Origin: Hydrolagus colliei
Taxonomy: Eukaryota
Direction: 5' to 3'
NCBI GenBank assembly: GCA_035084275.1
Contig: CM068742.1
Location: 31,930,001 to 31,994,000, forward strand
DNA: 64,000 nt
Below are positions 1 to 13,900 of the stretch, one piece after another. Each line of letters begins with the position of its first letter. The stretch's first letter is position 1. The position numbers and the translations under genes were made by a program. The notes under the pieces were generated by a model that saw only the letters and a program-made list of their open reading frames with translations, was not told where the DNA came from and ran no database searches.

Positions 1-1006
1 AGCAGAGAGTTGTAGTGAGCGGCTGTTTGTAATCTACATCAATGATCTGGACTTGGGTGTACGGAGTACAGTTTCCAAGTTTGCAGATGACACTAAGTTA
101 GGGAGAATAGTAAATAGTGAGGAGGATAGTAGCCATCTGCAAGAGGATATAGACAAATTGGTAAAGTGGGCAGACACATGGCAGATGAAGTTTAATGCAG
201 AGAAGTGTGAGGTGATGCATTTTGGGAGAAGAAATGAAGGGAGGCAATATAGGCTAGAGAGTGCAATTTTAAATGGTGTGAAGGAACAGAGAGACCTGGG
301 GATTTGTGTTAGTGACTCGTTGAAGGTGGCAGGACAGGTAGACAAGGCTGTTAAGAAGGCATATGGGGTACTAGGCTTTATAAATAGGGGTATAGAGTAC
401 AAAAGTCAGGAAGTGCTGACTAACCTCTATAAGACTTTGGTGAGGCCTCAGCTGGAATACTGTGTTCAATTCTGGTCACCACACTACAGAAAGGATGTGA
501 AGGCATTGGAAAGGGTGCAACGAAGATTTACTAGGATGGTGCCAGGATTGAGGGACTTCAGCTATGAGGAGAGGCTAGATAGGCTAGGGTTATTCTCTCT
601 GGAGCAGAGAAGATTGAGGGGAGACCTAATAGAGGTTTATAAGATCATGAGGGGTTTCGACAGGGCAAATAGAGAAAAACTATTTCCACTCGTGGGTGAA
701 TCTGTGACTCGTGGTCACAGATTTAAAATAGTTTCAAGGCGAAGTAGAGGGGAGCTGAGGAGAAATTTTTTCACTCAGCGAGTTGTTCGAATCTGGAATG
801 CATTGCCTGAAAAGGTGGTGGAGGCTGATTCGATAACAACTTTTAAAAGGGAATTAGATCTTTATTTAGGGAGAACAGGTCTATTAGGCTATGGGGAGCG
901 GGCAGGGCAGTGGGATTGAATCGCTCTTTTCAAAGAGCCGGCACAGACTAGATGGGCCGAATGGCCTCCTTTTGTGCCGTAAAATTCTATGAATCTATGA
1001 ATCTAT
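1..1006 (+). mobile_element. CR1-clade LINE 3' portion (ORF2 RT C-terminal half, 3'UTR, (AATCTATG)n tail)
   Basis: ORF 53-919 has SKFADDTKL, WQMKFNAEKC, RPQLEYCVQFWSP, LFSLEQRRLRGDLI and stops at TGA 917-919; followed by GATGGGCCGAATGGCCTCCT and ATTCTATGAATCTATGAATCTAT tail. Confidence 0.95.
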
Positions 1007-1781
1007 AATCTAAATAACTGTAGTTCTATTATGAATGATTTGGGATTCTTCCCTATCCTAAGGTTGTTATCTCAGAACTGGCTTCCTGCTTGTCCCTTGC
1101 AGCCTCCATTCCACCATTGGAGGCCATGCATTTAGCCACTAAGCCCAAAACTGTGGAATACTTCCTCAATCCCTTGCCTTGCACCCGCTTGCCCACTTTT
1201 CAAGTCTCGCCTAAAACATTCCTATTCAACCGTGCATACAGTCACCTCTCCCTCCCACCCCCACCCACCTCTCCCATCCCCAGCTTGGACTCAGGTACTG
1301 TGGGTGGAGGGAGCTATCTAACTGCAAATTATTGTTGTTGTTATCATTCACATACCTAACCCAACAAATGTCTCAGAAGATACAACTACTGTACTCACAT
1401 TTGGCACTCATAGCTTTTTCTATTTACTTATCACAAATACAGCAACTATTTTTGGCTGGGCTGATATACTTTAGGAAACTTGAGCTGATTGTTTAATTAT
1501 AAAGAATTTAGTGAAAAGTAACATCATATTGCAACTTTCGGAATCATGTTCCTCTTGTTCTACTGTCTTAGTGCATCCAAAAGTACCACTTTTTTTAAAT
1601 CTCATTTAAAATTTTATACATCTCTAATCGTCTTCACTCAATACTGAAGAGCTGGCTTGTATAGTCGTTGATTATAATCTTTCGAGTCAGGATGCTGTAT
1701 AACTAAAATAGAGCTACTGTATTTGCAATGCCCTGATGTCAGAAAATCTTTGCACAACACTTTTCTGCTTGTTGGATTTAG

Positions 1782-1922
1782 GTGGAAGTGGACAAGGCAG
1801 TAAAAGCAGCTCAGGAGGCTTTTCAGCTTGGGTCCCCATGGCGCAGAATGGATGCTTCTGAAAGAGGAAAGCTTTTGAGCAAACTTGCTGATTTGATGGA
1901 ACGGGATCGTGTTCTATTAAGT
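1782..1922 (+). CDS. ALDH1A1: ALDH1A1 exon 3 ([47 protein letters not shown])
   Basis: ttag acceptor, gtgagt donor, 141 nt. Confidence 0.95.
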
Positions 1923-4900
1923 GTGAGTTTAAAATTTGGCCTTCAATGGTTGTACATGTAATGCTATTGATGTTTTTTTTTTAAAATAAACATGTTTAAT
2001 TCTGTAATAGTATTGCTGTTTGCAAACATTAATTTCCTAACAAATAACCTAAATCCTCCCTGCAGCGCACTCTCATTGAAGTTATTTTAAGGTTTTGTGT
2101 ATTGTAATAATCCTTGCATTTGATATAGCGCTTTTCACATCTTATCAATGTCTCAAAACACTTCACAGAATATACTGTAAAGTGAATTGACTATATTTGT
2201 GGGTGAAACGTGGCAGCCAATTGCGCACAGCAGTGTCCCACAAACAGTCGTGGATTGAAAATTACTAATTTTTTTTATTATTGTGTTTTTTTGGGGGGAG
2301 GGACTATTATTAGGCATGTGGACTAAGGAAACTTGCCCAAGGTTTTGCCCTGATCTGCCTGGATTCGAACACAGATCTCACGCTTGTAAAGCGAGTGCTC
2401 TAACCACTGAGCTATAGGAGCTCCACATGATTTTGATGGTCAGAAACAATAGCCGTTTTGTACAGCTACAGTGTTCTGCTTTATATTTCCACTCATGTTT
2501 CAATTGCATGTCACACATGCTGTAACCATATTTTTTATATTTGAAAAATATGGCCAAAATACATTTGTAAAGAATTCTTTCCAGCACATTAATTCCAATG
2601 GCGATTGCCATGTTGTGCCTACAACAAAAATCACAGATATTATCTTGATTTCATACAGGAAAAAAATCTGATCCTTGATCTGCTATTCAGACTGCGTTAG
2701 TTAACACCTGAATAACAAGTAACGCAGCAATAAAAAGATCACCAAACTTTGAATCTCTTTCAGACTGAATAAATTTAAATTCTGGTGAGTGTCAGAACAC
2801 CTTACTTTAATGTGCTCATTTAGACTTATTTTAAATGAAAGCATTCATGTGGAAAAATCCATTAATGTGCTTCTAATATTTTCAAGTTTTAAGGATGGCG
2901 AATGAATATGTATAACTAAAAGGGTGAAACAATACATTGGTAGCATTTAATTTCAGAGTTGGAGACAATACATTTGTGTTTGTTAAATAAGCAGGCATTG
3001 AATGGAGTCCTCAGTGGTTAGAGCATTAGCCTTACAAGTGTGAGACCTGTGTTCAATTCCAGGCAGGGCGAAACCTTGGACAAGTTTCCTTATTCCACAT
3101 GCCTAACACTACTAATCCCTCAAAAAATCAATAATAAATTGGTAATTTCAATCCATAATTGTTTGTGGGACACTGCTGTGCGTAATTGGCTGCTGCGTTT
3201 CTCTCACGAATATACAATCAATTCACTTTAAGTGTATTTTGTGAAGCGCTTTGAGACATCTAGAAGATGTGAAAAGTGCTGTAGCAAATGCAAGGATTCT
3301 TATTATGGTATTTGATTATCGATAAGTGAGTACATTCCATTATTTATGAAAACAATTTGTCATTACAGACTGAAATATCAGTCTCTTTGTGTAAATATAT
3401 TCCTTTGAACTATGAAATATTTATTCTTGAGATCAACGAGCTTTCATTTCGGTTGAATCCAATGACCTGTTATTCTGAAGTAATACTTTAAATGAGAGTG
3501 CAGAAACAATATAATTCACATTTGCAAACCAGAAGAATAACATTGCATAAGAGAGCTTTGGAAAGTGAGCTTAATTGTTCATATGTTTCATGGGATGGTA
3601 ATGTCCATCCAATCTCTCTACTGTTTATGAAATGCAGAGTTGGAATCTGCAGATTTAACTGCATTGCAGTATCTTTGGAGGTATGGAGTTATGAGTTGAT
3701 AATTGATATTTATCAAAATTTGAATGCTAATAAAACTCTTAAGTTGATATTAAACTCCTCTTTATGTACCTCGACCCAGCTTGTTAATTGATTGTACAAA
3801 CACTGGAATTAGTTTTAAGAGGACAGTTTTTAATCACGATCTTATTCTCAGTGTGCTGAAAAACCATGCTCAAATTTTGTTATGACACCCAAAATGGTTA
3901 CTTTCCTTGATGTGTTCACTGCTAATAGTGCAGGATTGTAATTCAGGAAACGATATTGATGACACTGGGGTTTAATATGCAATATTCGCAAGTACCAACT
4001 TGCTGACCTAATTCCACTTGGCAATCTCACCTTGTTTTATACTCACGGGCGAATTCCAAGTGAGAAAAAAAATGCACACATTCTGAGAAATGGTCTGAAA
4101 TTACAAATGACAGCCCCATAATGGCTTTGGCAGGCATTTGGAATCAGAATTGTTTCCAATTTTCATTACTTTTTATAACAAAACATAAATTCAATCACAA
4201 ACTAGAAATCTCTATAGCCCAGCAACTTTCAGTTGGCAAACTATTTCTTTTTCAACCCCGTTGTATGTTTCCTGTGATTCTCTGTGAAGCTATATTATTT
4301 TTGTTGTGTTAATTAGAATAAATTGAATGCTACTCTCAATTATTAGTAGAAGTCATTCTATCCAGCCTGAGGAAGTGGTTAAAGTTGACTGTACTTCAAT
4401 ATTACCTTTGTGACTGATCGGTAGGTTTGACTTACACCCTCCCCCAATTGTTTCTAGACAATAGAATCTATTGACTCTGGAAAACTCTTTCTCCATGCAT
4501 ACTTCGTTGACTTAGATGGCTCCATTAAAACACTACGCTACTATGCTGGCTGGGCTGACAAAATCCAAGGTCGCAGCATCCCAGTGGGTAGGTCTTCACT
4601 CATGTCCATTACTTGTGTTGAATGAATGTTCTCATCTGCCCTTGAAATAAACATTGTAGAGATTTTCTAATCATGTCAAAATGTTTTTAAAAGCAGTGTT
4701 AAAACCTTTATTTCAGGCCGAAGTACCAGTTATCTCACGTTTTCTAGAATCAGAAAGAAGATAAACTTATAGGGTACAAATCAATATAAATCTTAAAGTT
4801 CACTCCTCTTGAGCAGAATGATTGAAAAGAGGATTGGGCAATTTAATTAGATCAAGATTCATATGTATGTTTTTAAAGTAACTTCATCTGAGTTGATTCA

Positions 4901-7900
4901 CCATTGCGATCTGTTTCATTCATGTGGCTTCATGGAAAATGTTGCAGAACCACATGGACATCCACATGTCAATTTTCCCTGGATCATTGAGCACCTGAAT
5001 GAAAAGTTACACATGTATTTAGATGTGTCTCCTCCCATCATGTGTTTAGCAATCCGTTAATTCTTACCTAACTAGGAGAGTCTTTAATATTTTACTGCTC
5101 TGAGACTGAAGGTTGTGAGTTCAAGTCTCATGTCAGGACTTTTGAACTCAACAATTTAGGCAGACTCTCCATTGCAGTGCTGCACTTTTGGAGGTACAGT
5201 ACTTTTCTTCAGTTGAGATGTTAAGTAAGATCCTGTCTGCCGGTTCAGATGGGCATTAAGGTCCTATTATATCAGTTGAAAAGTGAAGAGACTTTTTCCT
5301 GCAGGTCTAGCCAGCCAACTTCCAGATAAAATTGGTCATTCACTTTAGGGCTGTTCGTGGTACATCTCTGTGCACAAATGTACTGACACTATTTTCTAGT
5401 AAATCCTGTGAATCACTTTGAGATATCCTCTTGACTTGATATGGTCAAATGGAAGGATTTATATTATTTTTACTACATTAATTATTTATATGATAATAAA
5501 ATGATTTTTTTTAAAAAGCAAAAACTACAAGCTGCAAGTTTACAACTGTATATGTCACCACAATGATAGATAATTTATATAACTAAACTGTGGAAGTGTC
5601 AGACAATCTAGGGAGGTCAAAGGACAGAGCAAAGACAGCAGTTATAAATTAAAGATTAAATATAAATGACCCAATAAATACGTACTCATTAACCTTTCAA
5701 GTAATTTACCATCACTGAAATTAAACCACAAAGTCAGTTCTAAACAACACATTTCCAGCGTGTATTTCAGTTCGAACTAAATCAAACAGGGCCAAATGTT
5801 TGCAGCCATAGATTATTGAATGGCTTTTGGTAGATTTGTTTTGCTTTTATACTTGAAAGTGAAAATAGCAACTAATGTTCCAGTGTTTTGTTATCCTGTG
5901 GGTTGTAAATCACACATGTAGAGGAAAATTGATGCAGTTTATATAACAAAAGATCTGGTTATAAATAATAATCCTTGTATTTGATAACAGTAAGTGTACT
6001 TCAAGGTACTTCACCTAATTATTTATTTGGTAGTTCAGTGACTGCTCTGTAGAAAAATGTGGCAGCTAATCTGCACAAACACTGACCCACAAATAACAAT
6101 GAGTGGAATGATCAACTAATTTGTGTGTTTTGAAGCTGACATTGTTCTAAACCAGTGTTGCTCACTACGATATTTTCGAGGACCATAATCCCAATTAGCA
6201 TTGTGCTCAAGGCCACTCTCAGGAATGCTTTACACACTGTACTACACAGCACTGATGAGACATGGGTCAGCTCCTGCAATTCCACATTAAGTGAGCTCCT
6301 GATTTCAATCATATCCCTGTGGGCAGTTGTCAAATGGGGCAAGGAGGGAGGGAGGGCTGGGGGGGAGGAGGGGCGCAGGAATTTCCTTCCCAACAGAGAG
6401 AGAGGGAAAAAATGAGCACCAAACATGATGTTGCACTGTTCAATTTCAATACTCTTGACACCCAATAGCATTCAATTTTCTTCTATTGTTAAAGAACAAA
6501 ATACAAAAAAAAGCTTTGTTTTCTATATCAGTCAACATCTTTCAGCCAAGCTATCAGCTCAGGTCACAGAAACAGCATGTCTGCTGCGAGATATATTTAA
6601 TCTCCAATCAAATTTTGGGTACAACCTCCCTGAAGGTTATTTGAGAATTTCAAAATGCAATGAAGGACAAGAAATATTGCTTCATACTGGATCATACGCC
6701 TGTATAATGATTGACAGCGTACATGAGTTTGCAGTTCAAAATGCAGATCACTCCCCAGACTGTATCCATACCCAGCACCTTTAAGTCCCGGGCCTTCCAA
6801 GAAATGCTTCTATACCTCTGGAATCATAAATTTGAATCTGTGGCAAAATGTGCAGGACATCATCAACTTCTAAATGTATGTTTCTGTATGCAAAAAATCA
6901 TACCTGCAATTTCTTGTTAACTAATCTGCCCTCTCCTTCCCAGCTTGGGAGAACACTGCCTTGTTTATTTTCCCCCTTCCTGCCAGATCCATCATCATTG
7001 GTTAGGTCTTTAGTCTTTCTTCCCGCATCCTGTGGATCTATATCCCAGAGTTCCTTCACCTCACCTCCTGAATTGCCTCCTCAACATCTGTCTCAGGATC
7101 TTCCTGTTTAACTGCCTTCAGTCATCCTTCTCATTCCATTTGGCTGCCCTCCACCCCTCTTGACTCCAACCCGGAGATCAGGATATAAACCCTTGACTGT
7201 CCTGCATTTTGGGACACCTCCTGTTGTGAAAAGCTCTATCCAAATGTATTTTTTTGGTGTAGTTATTGTTACCTATGTATTGTCTATTTAAAAGAGAAGG
7301 GAGTTTCTCCAGGTGCCCTGGCCAACAATTCCCCCACCCTACCATCCACCCAAAAAAAGAAGTTGGTCATTCATTTCATGGATGTTTGTGGACAGATCAG
7401 GGCGAAACTTTGGGCAAGTTTCCTTGCTCCACACACACACCTAATAATAATCCCTCCAAAAAAAATACAATAAAAATTGGTCATTTTCAATCCACCACTG
7501 TTTGTGGGACACTGCTGTGCGCAATTAGCTGCCGCGTTTTGCCCACAAATATACAGTCAATTCACTTTACAGTATATTCTGTGAAGTGCTTTGAGACGTT
7601 GATAAGATGTGAAAAGAGCTATATCAAATGCAAGCATTATTATGTTGCTTATACAAATATATACAATATATTTACAATAGTCACTCCATTTTGCGGTAAA
7701 GTGCTTTGAGGCATCCTTCTGAAGTGATAAGGCACAACATTAAATGCAAGGATTATTATTACTGTATCAGTATAAACATTCTTATATGTGAAAATAAAGC
7801 AGGACTTCTTTCTAAAATAATTTCACACAATATAAATTATTCTTTTATTGATACTGGGTCTAAAATATGAGTTGGGCTCATAGCCCATGGCTAGAGACAT

Positions 7901-10900
7901 CTTTAATTATGTAATCAACTTATGTAGGATTCAGCTGAAATGCTTTTCCTGGGTAGCTAATAAGATAAATAAGGACATATATAAGAATCTGGGCATGGTT
8001 TGCCAGTAAACAAATCACAAAATCCACATTTTGGTCATCATTCTGTCACATTGACTTTTATTGTTTGCAAAACAAAACACAACTTATGATTGTATTTTAT
8101 GGCAGGTATTTATGTTCTGTGACAAAATCATTGCAATAAATACATATTTTCTTATAGACGGCGAGTTTCTCACATTTACAAGACATGAACCTGTTGGCGT
8201 GTGTGGACAAATTATTCCTGTGAGTAACACAACATTTTATGATCTTATTTTGTATGGGTGTTTTGTAAATATGCAATACTATCAATTGTCAATTGATATG
8301 GGGGGGTGCAAGGCAAAATAGTACAGTAGAAGCCTGTTTATCCATGACCGATCAACCATAACTTCAGTATAAACAGCACCGCAAAAAAAGGGTCCGCATT
8401 CGATAAACCAGAAATTTATCCAGAATTTTTTTTTCTCTCTGGATAAATTGTGTCGGTATTTTGGAATACTGCTACTAGGTGCCTGATGGTGGCGCTAGCT
8501 CAGAATGCTGCCGGTACTGTAAAGCAATGCACTCTCTTGAGAAGCAGAGCGGGGTGAGTTGATTAATTTAGATTTAATTTAGTCACAAAACAGCAAAACG
8601 CACACCCACCTGAGAAAAGCTTGCAGATCAATTCATTGACTTTTATTTTAATAAAAAAGACTCATCCCTGCAATGCTTGTTTTACAGAGAGCAGTGTTTC
8701 AAGTTACAGAGTGCAGTGTGTTACACACACACATACATCGCAAGGTTTTTTGGAAAGAAAGTTAACTGAACTGAGCGGCCGCCGCTCACTCTCTGCTTTC
8801 TCAATAACACAAGCTTTCCTCTCTTCTGCCCCCAATGAGAACAGTGTCATTCAGACGTGTAACTTTTGCACTAGTTTAAAATATCTCTCTGAACTGCCTG
8901 GTCGCTGTGTGTAAAATGATTAGATTTATTATTTATATATTATCATATAAATGATTATTTCGTTTATTATTAATATGCTATGTTTTAAAAAATGTAATTT
9001 TAACAAATTGTAATTTTTTTGTGTTGGGTTTTCGGCCGAATATCTAGAAAGTGCTTTAACTGGCACTGGCCAGGTCCCGAGGGTGCCAGATAAACGGGCT
9101 TCTACTGTAGTTACGTATCTATATCAACTGCTAGGTTTATTAGTAGCAGTATTAATTAAAGCACAGAAGGATCTGCTCCATTGTGTCGGGTCTAAGACTT
9201 ACCCTCCCACTGGAGCTATCTCCCATTTCCCTGCTCTTTCCTATAACCTTTATATTACTTTTCCTCTTAATGTTCAACTAATTCCATTGTAAATAGTATA
9301 ATGAACTTGGCTTCAACAACCATTTGTATTTGTTGGACGATATTTTCATGCAGCAAGACCAAGACAGGAGAGCAAAATATTGATTGGAACATTTTTGTTG
9401 CAGCTCAAAACACTAATGTTACAAATTTCTGTGGTTATAGTGGAACTTCCCGCTCCTGATGTTTGCCTGGAAGCTTGCTCCTGCACTTTGCTGTGGCAAT
9501 ACCATAGTTATTAAGCCAGCAGAGCAAACTCCGCTCACTGCACTCTATATGGGATCTTTAATCAAAGAGGTAAGAACGAGAATTTATTTTAAAGAATACC
9601 GGATACTTATTGATTAATTCAATTTAAATTGTAGATTATGGGGATTCAAAACATGGCGATTTCAAATGGGAGTTTCTACTAAGAATTCTGAATTCCCTCC
9701 AACGACAACATCAACAATAAACATTTATATAGCAACCCCTCCAGCAGGGCAGAGTGCTTGACATACATTTTGACATACTTGCAGGTCTGTGGGACATACA
9801 TTTTGACATACTTGCAGGTCTGTGGGACATACATCGGACAACTTACATACCTACAGGAATTCCATTCTGACACAATCTACTTTTAAAGCGGTGTTCTTTG
9901 GGTCAGGGTGACCTATCACCGTTAACAAGAGGCAATTTCCATGTGGAATTTTGGCTCCTTATTAAGAAATCCTGTTTGAAATTGCTGCATTTTACACCCC
10001 AGTAAAACTGAAATGTATTGAGAAATTGATCCAAGTGAGCACCTTACATAACGTGAATTGACAGCCCATCGTGTCTGAAGAAGGGAAAAGATGTGTTGAT
10101 AACAGTTTACAACAACTAACTTTGATGTGAATAAGGACCACTACCTGAATGAAAATATTGCACCTCTTGGTGGTGGGGTATGCTGGATTTTTTTTTAGAT
10201 ATTCCTAATAACATCCCAGCTCATCCTTTCCAATCCCTCTGCGTCCCGTTCTGGCCTGATTGTTTGATTGCCAATGGTTAAATCTTGCAAGCTCGGTATG
10301 TTTTATAAGTCACGGCTGGTAAATAATTGACCAAAGTAGTAGACATCGAACTGAAATTGGTTGATCATTTTCCTTTCACTTCATACTAAAGGTCGAGATC
10401 AAGCTAAGCTTGAGTTAATATCCTCAGGCACCCTTGCTGAACCATTGCGATAAAGGAAGTATAGTTTCCTGCATTACTCGTTAAAATTAACTCTTAAACT
10501 TAATCTGCAGCACCAGTACTTTTTCAGCAGCTAAATATTATAATTTCAGCTACATAACGTTGTATAATCAAAACATTTAGCATTACAGAATTATTTCACT
10601 CTGGGTACAATAGGTATTCAAATGTTTCATCAGTAATCAACTCTATCGACCAACTTTGAGATTATTCACATTCAGTGAAATCCTACCAGTCAGACTGGGA
10701 GAAGGTATTTATTGCTTCTCAAAAATTAAAAATTAACTTTCTTTCCTAACCCAATCTCCCACCCCACCCTGCTTTGTTAGTAGACTGAATCTGTCAAATG
10801 AGGGTTATGCTTTGCTTTCTCTAAATCTTAAAAAAAAAGTTAGAAGTTCTATAGAAGAATAATTGACTTTTAAATGCCCTCAAGCCCGTAATCCACCTTA

Positions 10901-13900
10901 AAACCATTTCAAAGGATATCTATGCACACAAAGTATCTTATAGGAGCATTCAGTTGAGAAAGTCTATGGGATATAAGTTTTATTTAATAAAAAAAGGAAA
11001 ACTGGCCTTGGGGAAACATTCTGAGTTTTATTAGATTAGAGTTATCAGTATTATTTCCATTTCCTGAAATTGTGCCTGCCATCTGGAAGGGTACTTGTAG
11101 AAAGCTTCATGTTTGTAATGCAGTCAGATGCACACTGCTTACTCATTTCTGGTTTAAGGCTCAAACATAAGACCAAGCAAGAGGGCAACAAGCACTTCAA
11201 AAGTCCAGTTACATTCAAAAGCAAACAGATCAACCAGATCAGAGTAAAGCATCATGAGCTGAAGCATACACTTGAAATATTACACTCTAGGCTGCCCCAG
11301 TGTGGTGTTGGGGGAGCTCTGCATTGTCAACGATGCCGCCCTTCGGATGAGATGTTAAAAATCTCCTGAACATTAAAGATCCCATTGCACTGTTCAGAAA
11401 GAGAAGGGCATTTATTTTGGCGTCCTGGCCAACAATCCCCAAAATAGAATTTGGTCAATGGCACTATGACAAATTATCAAGAATTATTATGTACAATATT
11501 TATAAGTGTCTGTATTGTAGTAAGAAATTCAGTTCCTCACAATTCTTTATTCTCTCCCATGGTCGGTTGGTCGGTCGGTCGAATGTTCATTAATTCATTC
11601 ATTTATCAACATTGTCTGCTACACAATTATATAGCAATCCTTGCATTGCACTTTATGTGTTGCATTGGATTATGTTTTTCACTTTGCACTATTTATGCAG
11701 TGGGCAAAACGTCCATCTGGTTTGTTATTTCTTTTCTGCAAATTTTCCTTCCTGATTTCCCCTACGTTGGTTGGTTGATTGGTTGGTTGGTTGGTTGGTA
11801 TTGAAGTACACAACTTAGAGCCCACTCCTTCTGTGAACAGCTGTGTAAACATCAAGGAGAATGTATTAATACAAAGAAAACACACAGTTTGAACAAGACC
11901 AGAATGGAGCTGCTCTTATCCTCTCAACTGATTACACTGTCATCGAACAGGAAGTATGCCGGGCACTAAAACTGAAGAAAGGAAATTTTTGAAACTTTCC
12001 AAAAATTCATTGACAAATAATTACTGTATTAGTTGTGGAGTCCTATAGCTAACTGGTTAGAGCACTCACCTTGCAAGTGGTTGCCGTGTTTCACCCACAA
12101 AAATACAATCAATTCACTTTACAGTGTATTCTGTGAAGCACTTTGAGACATTTAGGAGACGTGAAGAGCACTGTATCAAATGCAAGGATTATCATTATTG
12201 TTATTATCATTTTGATAGTGTGGTCAAAAGCAGTTTTGCCCATTGTATAAATGGTGCAAGTGTTGCTTTTTACCACCCTCGCAAATGATTACCATTGCTC
12301 TAGAAGGAAAGCCAGGGGTTTTATAAAAACACTCCTTTCTATAGAGCCTTTCACTTTGGGAGGCATTCTCAAAGCACTTCACTGTAAAGTGTAGTGACTA
12401 TGTAGATTATTTAGTTCCCAACTTTTGGATGAGACATTAAACTGAGGTCCTGTCTGCCGGTTCAGGTGGATATTAAAGATTCCATGAAACTATTGAAAAA
12501 GAGAAAGGAGTTTCTGCCAGCGTCCTGGCCAACAATTTCAACCAAATAAAATTGGTCACCCGTTTCATGGTTGTTTGTGGGACGTTGCTGTGCGCAATTG
12601 TGCTGCTGCGTTTATCCACAGATATGCAGTCACTCCATTTCACAGTAGATCCTGTGAAGCCCTTTGGGATATCATTCTGATAAGGTTCCAGGCTCTGGAA
12701 CTCCCTTCCTCACTCTCTTCGCACCCCCTCTCTTCCCAGTTTCAGGTCACAGCTGAAGACCTTTCTCTTCGACCAAGCTTTTGGTCACCTTTCTGCCCCT
12801 GCCCCGGTCCCGGGATCCACTATTGTAAAGCGCTCTGAGACGCCGTCCGGCGTGGAGGGCACTATATAAATCAAAGTTGTTGTTGTTGTCCTGCTCAAAA
12901 TGCAATGCATATTATTATTATTATAGGCAAAGGCGGTAGTCATGTTTCACACAGCAAAGTCCTACAAACAGCAATTATGTGCCTGACCTATTTTACCCAG
13001 ATTATATTTGGCCAGGACACCAGGGTAGACTCGGTGGTCATTCACCTGTAATTTATGGCTATTTATGAGACATTGCTGTGTGCAGATTGGCTGCTGTGCT
13101 TACCTACAAATACAGGGTATTTCTATCTGTATTAACAGAGTCAGACCAGTTAATGTTCATTCAGAAAAGTGGTACTCATTGATTTTGGTTTAAAAATATA
13201 ACCTATGTTGACTCTGAAAAATTACCACAGTTCTATATGGTTAACATGGAGCTGCAATCTGATCCGCTCTTCTGATCATAAATCACACACTTACTATTTC
13301 CTGAGTAAGAGCTCTTTAGCCTGAAGAGGTGAAGTGTCTTTCCTTAATGTTGTACTCCAGGTGGTATTTTAAAGACTACAGAACATATATATAAAATTCT
13401 TCACACAGAGCCTTAAATGCACATAGGGAATTAGCCAGTGGGCTAACCACACTCAAGTGCATTACATTATTAACAAGCAAAAGGATTACAGCATCACCTG
13501 TAATCCCTTTTCTTTGGTGGTTAATTACACAAATAAAGTAAGTGTTGGAACATGGTTTGCCTATGAGCTATTAGTCCAACCCTCATTTTAGACCCCAAAG
13601 TCTAATTAATATTGTGTGTAGACCTGACACAGTAGTCTCACTCTTCCCTCTGAATCATAAGGTTGTGAGATAAACCGAGGTCTATCTTCCTGATCAGGTG
13701 GATGTTAAAGATTCCATGGCACTATTCAAAAAGAAAAAGGAGTTTACCCAGAGTCTTGAGCACCACCACCACCAACAACAACAACAATAACAAAATTACA
13801 TTTATAGAGTGCCTTTCACATCAGGAGGACATCCCAAGGCACTGAACAGCTAGGTCGAGACCCGAGCAGGGGGGCAATGGGTCGGGGTAGGGACAGGGGG

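Noticed and set aside
2355-2424. tRNA-like sequences (also near 3004, 16144, 53249, 55970)
   Set aside because: They are SINE heads with A/B boxes running into SINE bodies and tails, with no complete cloverleaf.
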